Part shown: piece after piece, positions 36,764-44,620 of the stretch
Layout of the letters: every line of letters starts with the position of its first letter
How positions within the stretch are numbered: the stretch's first letter is position 1
Assembly: GCA_903936645.1 (NCBI GenBank)
Contig: CAIZWI010000306.1
Location: 1 to 63,216 of the forward strand
Source of the DNA: an uncultured Verrucomicrobia subdivision 3 bacterium
GTDB lineage: Bacteria > Verrucomicrobiota > Verrucomicrobiia > Limisphaerales > UBA11358
Length of the DNA stretch: 63,216 nucleotides
Reading direction: 5' to 3'
Notes under the pieces: model-generated
The model's database searches: none
What the model was told of the DNA's origin: nothing
What the model saw: the letters and a program-made list of their open reading frames with translations, nothing else
Program-made: the position numbers and the translations under genes

Positions 36764-37306
36764 ATGATTGCTATTATTAGCGGCACCAACCGGCCTGGCA
36801 GCAATACCCGCAAGGTGGTAACCCGGTTGGAGGCCATTTATTCCGCCCTGAGTGTGCCGGTCCAGGTGCTGGATCTGGCACACTTGCCGCCGTCGATTAT
36901 TTTGCCTTCCGTTTATGCGCACAAGCCCGCTGAATTTCAACTGTTCAGCGACACGGTGCGCGCGGCAGAGGGGGTGGTGGTGGTGACACCGGAGTACAAC
37001 GGCAGTTTTCCCGGCATTCTCAAATACTTTATTGACCTGCTGCCGTTCCCGGAAAGTTTTGAGCACCGCCCGGTGTGTCTGGTGGGGCTGGCCGCTGGCA
37101 TGTGGGGCGCCCTGCGCTCGGTGGAGCAATTACAGGCCATCTTTGGCTATCGCAATGCCCATATCTTTCCGGAGCGGGTGTTTATTCCGGGCGTTGCGAA
37201 AATGGTGGATACGGCAGGGCAATTCGCGAATACTGACATGGAACAGCGCTTGGAAAAACAGGCGGCTGGGTTTGTGGATTTTGTAAAAAGACTCAAGGCA
37301 AAATAA
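36764..37306 (+). CDS. NAD(P)H-dependent FMN reductase family oxidoreductase (copy 2, tandem paralogue)
   Basis: 180 aa. It is collinear with copy 1 (MIAIISGTNRPGSNTRKV, VVVTPEYNGSFPGILKYFID) and, by eye, more than half the positions are identical. Confidence 0.85.
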   Translation: MIAIISGTNRPGSNTRKVVTRLEAIYSALSVPVQVLDLAHLPPSIILPSVYAHKPAEFQLFSDTVRAAEGVVVVTPEYNGSFPGILKYFIDLLPFPESFEHRPVCLVGLAAGMWGALRSVEQLQAIFGYRNAHIFPERVFIPGVAKMVDTAGQFANTDMEQRLEKQAAGFVDFVKRLKAK

Positions 37307-37308
37307 AC

Positions 37309-37338
37309 TGTAAGGAACCATGCTCCAGCTCGACCAAC
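37309..37338 (+). promoter_or_regulatory. ECF-type promoter candidate P2 (TGTAAGGA-N14-CGACCAAC)
   Basis: It reads CTGTAAGGAACCATGCTCCAGCTCGACCAACGC. The CGAC box lies 15 nt before the peroxiredoxin ATG. Confidence 0.6.
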
Positions 37339-37345
37339 GCTTGAA

Positions 37346-37915
37346 ATGAAAATGAACTTAACCACCCGCTTCCGCTCCCAAGTCGCGTTATTTTTGGCGA
37401 TTGTCACCCTCAGCGTTAGTTTGCCTGCCGCCGAACCTCCAAAGGTGGGGGCCGCCCTACCGGACTTCACTCTTTACACCATGGATGCGAAGTCTGTGAC
37501 GTTGAGTGCGGAGTACGCCAAACTGCCCGTCGTATTGATCGTGTTACGCGGGTGGCCGGGGTACCAGTGTCCATTTTGCACCAGGCAAGTCCACGCGTTT
37601 GTCGAGCGGGCCAGGGATTTTGCGGGCAAAGCGCGCATTATAATGGTATATCCCGGTCCATCAGCAAATCTGCAAGCGCACGCCGGGGAATTCCTAAAGG
37701 GTAAAGGGTGGTCGGAAGATTTCACGTTCGTCACGGACCCCGATTTTACTTTCACCAAAAGCTACGGTTTGCGGTGGCAGGCACCCGGCGAGACGGCCTA
37801 TCCGTCAACGTTTGTGATTGATACCAAGGGAATCGTGCAGTTCGAAAAAATCACCAAAGGCCACGGTGGCCGCACAACCCCGGAAGAAATCCTGGCCACT
37901 CTGGCCAAGCTCTAA
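37346..37915 (+). CDS. exported peroxiredoxin/redoxin (AhpC-TSA family)
   Basis: 189 aa with a signal peptide (VALFLAIVTLSVSLPAAEP). It has a thioredoxin-fold with the CxxC-type motif GWPGYQCPFCTRQV. Confidence 0.8.
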   Translation: MKMNLTTRFRSQVALFLAIVTLSVSLPAAEPPKVGAALPDFTLYTMDAKSVTLSAEYAKLPVVLIVLRGWPGYQCPFCTRQVHAFVERARDFAGKARIIMVYPGPSANLQAHAGEFLKGKGWSEDFTFVTDPDFTFTKSYGLRWQAPGETAYPSTFVIDTKGIVQFEKITKGHGGRTTPEEILATLAKL

Positions 37916-38166
37916 TGGCCACGGCATTGCTATTGCTCGGCGGTTATGGCCTCTTGGGGCTTTTATTTGCCGTTGCCTTTGCCTTCGTGGGGGTGCAACG
38001 AATCGATCCGCACGCGGTGGGGGCTGGCTGGGGATTTCGCCTGCTCGTCCTTCCCGGCGCGGTCGCGTTTTGGCCCTGGCTGTTGTATCGCTGGCTAAAG
38101 GGGGCGCACACTCCTCCCGTTGAGCGCACGGCTCATCGTGAGGCCGCTCGGAAAGGTTTGCCATGA
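37915..38166 (+). CDS. small two-TM membrane protein, hypothetical
   Basis: 83 aa with two hydrophobic helices. The start shares 1 nt with the upstream stop (TAATG) and the end overlaps the next start (ATGA). Confidence 0.55.
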   Translation: MATALLLLGGYGLLGLLFAVAFAFVGVQRIDPHAVGAGWGFRLLVLPGAVAFWPWLLYRWLKGAHTPPVERTAHREAARKGLP

Positions 38167-38660
38167 TCCTGCCACTGCGCCAGCTCCATCGTCGCGCCAT
38201 CCTGGCCATGGGAATTTTTTTGCCGGTGGCCTTGGCCACCGGCCTCTGGTTGCGTGTGCCAGTGCCCACCATGTCCGGGTTGCCGCCGGGTCTGGGTCAG
38301 GGGCTGGCTCGGCAAGCCACCAACCAGACTGATTGGTGCTGCACGAATCTGTTTCAGAAATTTTCAATAACCGTCCGGCTGTTCCTGGAGCGGACGCCGG
38401 TTCCACGGGCGCTCCTGTCTTTTTCGGCAGACCGTGATTTTCTGCAACCCGATTTGTTGGTTTATTGGCTGCCGGGAAGCCCGGTCGTGATGGATGCATT
38501 GCCGGACAACGCGACCTTATTAGGCGAGTTTCACTCACCAACCTTGCTCCTGCCGACCGAAGCTGCCAGCCGCCCGGGGGTGTTTGTCCTGTACAGTCTG
38601 GCCGATAATAAAATAGTGGATGCCTCCCGCCCGGCCATGGTTGGGGAGCTCAACCCATGA
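38163..38660 (+). CDS. membrane-anchored hypothetical protein
   Basis: 165 aa with one N-terminal TM (AILAMGIFLPVALATGLWL) and a predicted periplasmic domain. It is translationally coupled to its neighbours. Confidence 0.5.
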   Translation: MILPLRQLHRRAILAMGIFLPVALATGLWLRVPVPTMSGLPPGLGQGLARQATNQTDWCCTNLFQKFSITVRLFLERTPVPRALLSFSADRDFLQPDLLVYWLPGSPVVMDALPDNATLLGEFHSPTLLLPTEAASRPGVFVLYSLADNKIVDASRPAMVGELNP

Positions 38661-38674
38661 TCCTTATATAATCC

Positions 38675-39712
38675 ATGTCTCTGCAATACCAGGCGGTCCA
38701 ATGGAACCGGCAAAAACGACTGTATGATGCGGTGCTGATTGGCGGGGTGGCGCTGTACCTTTTGGGCTTTGGCGTGGTGACGGAAAGCCTCTTTCCGAAT
38801 ATTACCGAGGAAATTTTGCTCATGCGGGCGTTTGGCACGGCCGCATTTATTTTGCTGCACATGATTCTGTGCATCGGTCCGCTTTGTCGCCTCAACGCGG
38901 GCTTTCTGCCCATGCTTTATAATCGCCGTCACGCCGGGGTCACGCTGTTTCTACTGGCATTGATTCATGCGGTGATGGTGGTCACCACGTACCACGCGGG
39001 CGGGGATGTGAATCCCCTCGCCAGCATCTGGGCATCCAGTCCGCTCACCCACTCCGTGGCGGGCGTGCCGTTCCAGGTATTCGGCTTTTTGGCGCTGGTG
39101 ATTTTGTTTCTGATGGCGGCGACCAGCCATGATTTTTGGCTGGCCAACTTGAGCGCGCCGGTTTGGAAAGCCCTGCACATGCTGGTGTATGCCGCCTATG
39201 CGCTGCTGGTCTTGCATGTTACCTTTGGTGTGCTGCAAGCGGAAACCAGCCTGGTTTATCCGCTGGCGCTGGCGGCTGGCCTGGTCACGGTGCTGGGGTT
39301 GCACTTTATGGCGGCGCTCAAGGAGGTGCGGGCGGACCGGAACATAAACGCCTGGGATACTGACGGTTGGGTGGAGGCCGGCGCGGTGGCGGATATTCCC
39401 GATAACCGGGCACGGATCGTGTGTGTTTCCGGCGAACGGGTGGCCATTTTTAAATACGCCGGAAAAATCTCGGCTGTCTCCAATGTGTGCCAGCACCAAA
39501 ATGGTCCGCTAGGGGAGGGTAAAATTGTGGCCGGCTGTATTACCTGTCCCTGGCATGGTTATCAGTATTTGCCAGAGACGGGGGCCTCGCCGCCGCCGTT
39601 TGTGGAGCGCGTTCCCACGTTCAATGTCCGGGTGAACAGCGGCCGGGTGTGGGTACACCCCCAACCGAACCCCGCCGGCACCCGGGCGGAACCGGCGGTG
39701 ATTGAACTATGA
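38675..39712 (+). CDS. ferric-reductase-like six-TM (di-heme b) domain fused to a C-terminal Rieske [2Fe-2S] domain
   Basis: 345 aa with six TM helices carrying conserved His (LLHMIL, LIHAVM, ALHMLVYAAYALLVLH). The C-terminal Rieske motifs are CQHQNGPL ... CPWHGYQY. A positive N-terminus and six TMs predict that the Rieske domain is cytoplasmic. Confidence 0.75.
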   Translation: MSLQYQAVQWNRQKRLYDAVLIGGVALYLLGFGVVTESLFPNITEEILLMRAFGTAAFILLHMILCIGPLCRLNAGFLPMLYNRRHAGVTLFLLALIHAVMVVTTYHAGGDVNPLASIWASSPLTHSVAGVPFQVFGFLALVILFLMAATSHDFWLANLSAPVWKALHMLVYAAYALLVLHVTFGVLQAETSLVYPLALAAGLVTVLGLHFMAALKEVRADRNINAWDTDGWVEAGAVADIPDNRARIVCVSGERVAIFKYAGKISAVSNVCQHQNGPLGEGKIVAGCITCPWHGYQYLPETGASPPPFVERVPTFNVRVNSGRVWVHPQPNPAGTRAEPAVIEL

Positions 39713-40476
39713 GTGAGGATTTTTATATTGGGTGGGAAGCCCGGGCGGGAACGGGACCGGCCCGGCGGATGCGCGGGGTGGTGGCGTTGCTGCTGCTGGC
39801 GGGGCTTGGGCTGGCAGTGGCGCTGGCGGCCCAACAACACACCATTGGGACCAGCATTTTTGAGTGGGGCACGCTGAAGCCATTTAGCGGGCGCTTGGAA
39901 CTCGAGCCTTATCCGCATCTGTTAGTGCCGCGACCGGGTGCCACGAACACCCAGCCGGGGTTTTCCACTTATTATCTCGTCGCCCCCTTCAAGCATGGTC
40001 TTGACCGGGAGAAGTTTGCCGCCTTGGCGGGGCAGATGGTGACTTTGCAAGGCACCTTGATTTATCGTGGTGAGCAAACCATGGTTGAAGCCGTGCCAGA
40101 ATCCATCCACACGGTGGTGAGTCCGGCTTCGCTGCCGACCGGCGCGGCGACGGTGAGTCTGGGCCGGCAAACCCTCGTGGGTGAGATTGTGGACAGCAAA
40201 TGTTATTTTGGGGTGATGAATCCCGGTCAACTCCTCCCGCACCGGGCGTGCGCGATCAATTGCATCAGCGGAGGCATTCCGCCTGTCTTGCTAGTGCGCC
40301 AGAAAGATGGCCCGGCCATTTATTTATTGCTGGTTTCCGCCACGGGCAAGCCCGTGAACCAGCAGGTGCTGGACTTGGTGGCGGAACCGGTGGAAATCAC
40401 CGGCGAGGTCGAATGTCAGGACGGACTGCTGATTTTGCGGGCTGATCCGCAGAGCTACCAGCGGGTGGGCCGATGA
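39709..40476 (+). CDS. membrane-anchored hypothetical protein with Cys-containing C-terminal domain
   Basis: 255 aa with one TM (VVALLLLAGLGLAVALAA). It has the Cys cluster SKCYFGVMNPGQLLPHRACAINCISGG. Its start overlaps the Rieske-fusion stop (ATGA). Confidence 0.5.
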   Translation: MSEDFYIGWEARAGTGPARRMRGVVALLLLAGLGLAVALAAQQHTIGTSIFEWGTLKPFSGRLELEPYPHLLVPRPGATNTQPGFSTYYLVAPFKHGLDREKFAALAGQMVTLQGTLIYRGEQTMVEAVPESIHTVVSPASLPTGAATVSLGRQTLVGEIVDSKCYFGVMNPGQLLPHRACAINCISGGIPPVLLVRQKDGPAIYLLLVSATGKPVNQQVLDLVAEPVEITGEVECQDGLLILRADPQSYQRVGR

Positions 40477-40500
40477 GGAAATTTTTCCGGGAGCAACACT

Positions 40501-41433
40501 TTGATTAACCAACCTTTGCACCAAAAACCGCCTGGCCGTTTGCGCCGCCTCCGGTTCCCCCCCTATGCTGGCTGGCTTGTGGGCGTGGTCCTTTTAGGTG
40601 CCCTCATCGCGCTGCCTGCGTTTGCCGGCATGTTTGCGTCATTTGACAATCCAGCCCGGCTCGGGGCCGAGATCCACGTCACCGCCACCAATGGCTTTAC
40701 CCTCCGTTGGGCAGAAAAATCCGCCGCCACGAACGGCCGGCTGAACCTGGTCTTTATCCACGGATCCCCGGGGGGTGCCGGTGCTTGGGCATCTCAATTT
40801 AAGGCCCCCTTTCCGGAGGCCAATCTCTATGCTTACGACCGCCCGGGCTTTGGCCTTTCGAAACCCGTGGGGGACCAGCCGCATTTGCAAGGGCAGGTGG
40901 ACGCTTTGATGGCACTGTTGGCCCGCGCCACCACCAACCGGGTTTTACTGGTGGGGCATAGTTATGGTTCGCCCATTGCCCTGCTGGCCGCCTTGGAGCA
41001 TCCGGACCAAATCGGCGGGGTATTGCTGATCGGGGGGGATGTGGATCCGGCGCAGGAAAAACCGTGGTTTGTTCAGTATGTTTTCGGCTGGCGCGCCACC
41101 TCCTGGCTGCTGCCACGCGCTTTGCGCCAGTGTAACCGGGAGATGCTTTCCGCGCGGGCGGACCTCCGCCAAATGCAAACGCTGTTCGTCCGGCTGGCAG
41201 TCCCGGTGGTGATGTTGCATGGTGACCGCGACCCGCTGGTGCCCGTGGAAAATGTGGCCTGGATGGAGCAACAACTCCGGGCTTTGGGCAAGGCTCATCA
41301 GTTTGCCAAAATCATTCTGCCCGGGGTGAATCATTTCATCCCCTGGGAACACCCCGACCAAGTGGAGCGGGGTATCCGCCTGCTCGTCAATATGAGCGGA
41401 CTGCCCAACCGGCCCTCCGGCACGCTTCCTTAA
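40501..41433 (+). CDS. membrane-anchored alpha/beta hydrolase
   Basis: 310 aa with a TTG start and an N-terminal TM. It has FIHGSPGG, the nucleophile elbow GHSYGS, and distal HGDRDPLVP and NHFIPWEHP. Confidence 0.8.
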   Translation: MINQPLHQKPPGRLRRLRFPPYAGWLVGVVLLGALIALPAFAGMFASFDNPARLGAEIHVTATNGFTLRWAEKSAATNGRLNLVFIHGSPGGAGAWASQFKAPFPEANLYAYDRPGFGLSKPVGDQPHLQGQVDALMALLARATTNRVLLVGHSYGSPIALLAALEHPDQIGGVLLIGGDVDPAQEKPWFVQYVFGWRATSWLLPRALRQCNREMLSARADLRQMQTLFVRLAVPVVMLHGDRDPLVPVENVAWMEQQLRALGKAHQFAKIILPGVNHFIPWEHPDQVERGIRLLVNMSGLPNRPSGTLP

Positions 41434-41459
41434 GCACGCCGAAAGAATTCTAATAAAAG

Positions 41460-41489
41460 TGTAAGGAACCGCCGCTTTCGGCGACCAAC
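41460..41489 (+). promoter_or_regulatory. ECF-type promoter candidate P3 (TGTAAGGA-N14-CGACCAAC)
   Basis: It reads GTGTAAGGAACCGCCGCTTTCGGCGACCAACCA. The CGAC box lies 14 nt before the YHS-protein ATG. Confidence 0.6.
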
Positions 41490-41495
41490 CATTGT

Positions 41496-41948
41496 ATGAA
41501 AAAACTATCATTCATTCTCCTGCTATTAGGCCTGGCACTGCCAGTTTTCGCCCAAACCAAAACCCTCCTCAATCTGGACCGTGACGGTCTGGCCATTCAA
41601 GGCTATGACCCCGTGGCGTTTTTTACGGACCAAAAGCCAGTCAAAGGCGACGCCAAGTTTGTGTTCAAGCACGACGGCGCCCTCTACTTTTTTGCGTCCA
41701 AAGAGCACCGGGACTTGTTCAAGGCGAATCCGGCCAAGTATGAACCCGTGTTTGGCGGTTATTGCGCTTATGGCGTCTCCCGCAACAAACTGGTGGAAAT
41801 TGATGTGGATGCCTTTCAAATTGTGGATGGCAAATTATTGCTGCAATACAGCAAATCCATTCGCGAGGATTTTAACAAAGATGCGAAGGCCAATCTGGCC
41901 AAAGCGGATGCCAACTGGCCGGCGCTGGTTGCCAAGAAAGGGAAATAA
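41496..41948 (+). CDS. periplasmic YHS-domain protein (YHS domain-containing (seleno)protein family, Cys form)
   Basis: 150 aa with a signal peptide. It has GYDPVAFFTDQKPVKGD, FASKEHRDLFKANPAKYEPVFGGYCAYGV and ADANWPAL. Confidence 0.8.
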   Translation: MKKLSFILLLLGLALPVFAQTKTLLNLDRDGLAIQGYDPVAFFTDQKPVKGDAKFVFKHDGALYFFASKEHRDLFKANPAKYEPVFGGYCAYGVSRNKLVEIDVDAFQIVDGKLLLQYSKSIREDFNKDAKANLAKADANWPALVAKKGK

Positions 41949-41987
41949 TCGGCGGTCAACGCAAACCTGGTCCAACCCAATTTTATT

Positions 41988-42395
41988 ATGGAACACTTCT
42001 CCAAAACCCAAACGATGGTGAGCTGGATATGCCGGCTGACGGCCGCCGTAATTTTATTGCAAACCCTGTTTTTTAAATTTACCGGGGCGCCGGAATCGGT
42101 GTACATTTTTACCAAGGTGGGCATGGAGCCTTGGGGGCGTTACGGTTCAGGGGTGGTGGAGTTGGTGGCGGCCATGCTGCTGCTCGTCCGCTGCAAAGCC
42201 TGGCTGGGGGCCTTGCTCGCGCTCGGCACGATGTGCGGCGCCATTGCATGTCACCTGACAGTTCTCGGTATTAATGTGCAGAATGATGGCGGGTTGCTGT
42301 TTGCCCTGGCTTTGGTGACTTCGGCATGCTGTGTCATCACGCTCTATCTGCATCGGCGGCAGATTCCGTACCTTTCACGTTTAATCAACTCATAA
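41988..42395 (+). CDS. DoxX-family membrane protein
   Basis: 135 aa with four TM helices. It has the typical DoxX N-terminal block (RLTAAVILLQTLFFKFTG...FTKVGMEPWGRYGSGVVELVAAMLLL). Confidence 0.75.
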   Translation: MEHFSKTQTMVSWICRLTAAVILLQTLFFKFTGAPESVYIFTKVGMEPWGRYGSGVVELVAAMLLLVRCKAWLGALLALGTMCGAIACHLTVLGINVQNDGGLLFALALVTSACCVITLYLHRRQIPYLSRLINS

Positions 42396-42399
42396 AGCA

Positions 42400-42948
42400 A
42401 TGAATCCAAACGACGCTGGCACCAACCGGGAATTAATCAATGCGGTCATGGAAACCTTGCGACAGGGCGAATGCCTGCTGGAGGCCATGGATAATGATGC
42501 TTACACCCGCAAGTTGGCCGCCGCCTTTGATGCCTCCATCGGCGGGCATGTGCGCCATTGCCTGGATCATTTTCACACGCTCCTGCAGGCGGTCCCGGCC
42601 GGGGACTTAAATTATGATTATCGCCAGCGAGGGACCGCGGTGGAAACGGATCGCCTGGCCGCGCTGAATGTGACCCGGGATTTAATGGACAGTTATGCGC
42701 AGCTCGATCCGCTGTGCGTTACCCGTTCATTGATGGTGACCTGTAAAACCAGCTATTCCGCCAATGGTTCACAAGCCTCACCCTCCACTGTGGGCCGCGA
42801 GATCATGTATGCGGTGGCCCATGCCGTTCACCATTACGCTTTGATTGGGATCATGGGGGGCATCATGGGCCTGCGCCTGCCGGCCGGATTTGGCATCGCG
42901 CCGTCGACCCTCAAGCACCAGGCCGAAGCGGCGCGAATCGCCGCCTGA
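42400..42948 (+). CDS. DinB-like (four-helix-bundle, His-triad) protein
   Basis: 182 aa. It has His-rich motifs GGHVRHCLDHFHTL and AVAHAVHHYALIG at DinB_2-like spacing. Confidence 0.55.
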   Translation: MNPNDAGTNRELINAVMETLRQGECLLEAMDNDAYTRKLAAAFDASIGGHVRHCLDHFHTLLQAVPAGDLNYDYRQRGTAVETDRLAALNVTRDLMDSYAQLDPLCVTRSLMVTCKTSYSANGSQASPSTVGREIMYAVAHAVHHYALIGIMGGIMGLRLPAGFGIAPSTLKHQAEAARIAA

Positions 42949-42953
42949 GGATC

Positions 42954-44606
42954 ATGACCGAAGCCCTGCCATTGACGACCGAAACGCTGGCCGGATGGCT
43001 GCCGTTCTGGCAGGCCGCCGGATTTTTTTGCGCGACCTTTGTCCTGGAGGATGCGGCGGCGGTGGGAGCTGGTTTGCTGCTGGCCAATGGTTCCATTACC
43101 TGGACCGCTGCTTTCACGGCGTGCTTTTTGGGCATTTGGCTGGGCGATGTCGGCCTCTACGCACTGGCGCGCTTTGCCGGGCGAACGTGGTTTGAAAAGT
43201 CGCGTTTGAAACAGCATGCCGCCAAAGTTGTCCGCAGTGAGGAATGGTTTCGGAAGCGCGGGGCCTGGATCTTAATTTTTAGCCGGGTTTTGCCCGGCGC
43301 ACGGCTGCCCACTTATCTGGCCGCAGGCTTCTTGCGCGTGCCCGCCGCCCCGTTTTTACTCATCACCGCGGCGGCTGCGCTGGTCTGGACGCTGGCCGTT
43401 TTATTTCTGACGCAGATTTTCGGCACGCGGATATTGCATGGGTTCAGCCACTACAAAACGGCCAGCTTTTGGCTGCTGGGCAGCGCGATGGGACTGCTGG
43501 TTGGTTTGCAAATACTGCGCCGGGCGCTGGCTGAATTTGACCGCCGCAAATTCAGCACGCAGGTCGCCCGCTGGACGCGCTGGGAATTTTGGCCCATGTG
43601 GTTGTTCTATCCCCCCGTGGCTTTATATTATCTCTGGCTGGCCCTCAAATATCGCGGGGCCATGCTGCCGACGGCCGCCAATCCCGGAATTTTCTCGGGC
43701 GGCATCGTGGGCGAATCCAAAATGAAGACCTTGCAGGATCTGATGCGCTCAAGCGGCGAGTTCACGGCGGAGGCCGAGTTGCTTGACGGTGATTCTCCGG
43801 AAGCCCGGCTCATTTCATTGCACGAAATTTGTGCGCGGCGAAAGATTTCCTTTCCTTTCATTTTAAAACCGGACCTGGGACAACGCGGCGCGGGGATCAA
43901 ATTAATTCGGAATGAAGCCCAGGCCGCGGCCTATTTGCAGGCAACCCAAGCGCAATTACTGGTGCAGCGGTTTGCCGCTGGTCCGCACGAAGTGGGGATT
44001 TTCTATTATCGTTTTCCCGGGGAAACCCACGGCCGTATTTTTGCCATCACGGAAAAGGTTTTTCCGGTGGTCACCGGCGATGGGAAGGCAACTTTGGCTG
44101 AACTGATCTGGCGGGATGACCGGGCCCGCTTCATGGCGGAAACCTATTTGCAACGTGCGGCTTCACGGCAATACCACGTGCTGGCGGAGGGGGAAACGCA
44201 ACCGCTCGTGCTGGCAGGCAACCACGCCCAAGGCTGTATCTTTCGTGACGGCATGAGACTGAACACACCTGCACTGGAACAGCGCATTGATGAAATCTCC
44301 CAAAAGGTGAGCGGCTTCTACATTGGTCGTTATGACATCCGGTTTGGGAGTGAAGAGGACTTGCGCACGGGCACGCATTTCCAAATTATCGAATTAAATG
44401 GTGCGGCGGCCGAAGCCACCAGCATTTACGATGCGCGCAACACGTTGTGGTCCGCGTATCGCACCTTGTTTCGGCAGTGGGAATTGGTGTTTGCCATCGG
44501 GGCGGCCAACCGGCGGCGCGGCTGTGCGCCCATGACGTTGCGGGCTGGCTGGCGTGCCTGGCGCCATTATGCCGCGCTTGCCGCCACGTATCCGACCGCC
44601 GACTAA
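42954..44606 (+). CDS. DedA/VTT-domain membrane protein fused to a C-terminal ATP-grasp ligase domain
   Basis: 550 aa. Residues 1 to about 170 are DedA/SNARE-associated (LEDAAAVGAGLL...GIWLGDVGLYALARFAG...FSRVLPGARLPTYLAAG), followed by extra TMs. The C-terminal 300 aa are ATP-grasp-like (FPFILKPDLGQRGAGIKLI, LLVQRF, IIELNGAAAE). Confidence 0.7.
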   Translation: MTEALPLTTETLAGWLPFWQAAGFFCATFVLEDAAAVGAGLLLANGSITWTAAFTACFLGIWLGDVGLYALARFAGRTWFEKSRLKQHAAKVVRSEEWFRKRGAWILIFSRVLPGARLPTYLAAGFLRVPAAPFLLITAAAALVWTLAVLFLTQIFGTRILHGFSHYKTASFWLLGSAMGLLVGLQILRRALAEFDRRKFSTQVARWTRWEFWPMWLFYPPVALYYLWLALKYRGAMLPTAANPGIFSGGIVGESKMKTLQDLMRSSGEFTAEAELLDGDSPEARLISLHEICARRKISFPFILKPDLGQRGAGIKLIRNEAQAAAYLQATQAQLLVQRFAAGPHEVGIFYYRFPGETHGRIFAITEKVFPVVTGDGKATLAELIWRDDRARFMAETYLQRAASRQYHVLAEGETQPLVLAGNHAQGCIFRDGMRLNTPALEQRIDEISQKVSGFYIGRYDIRFGSEEDLRTGTHFQIIELNGAAAEATSIYDARNTLWSAYRTLFRQWELVFAIGAANRRRGCAPMTLRAGWRAWRHYAALAATYPTAD

Positions 44607-44620
44607 CCCCCCACCACAGC

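Noticed and set aside
37320-37349. Nine-codon uORF (ATGCTCCAGCTCGACCAACGCTTGAAATGA, MLQLDQRLK) overlapping the peroxiredoxin start
   Set aside because: It lies inside the spacer and -10 box of promoter candidate P2. The equivalent positions at P1, P3 and P4 contain no ATG, so the sequence is better explained as promoter DNA.
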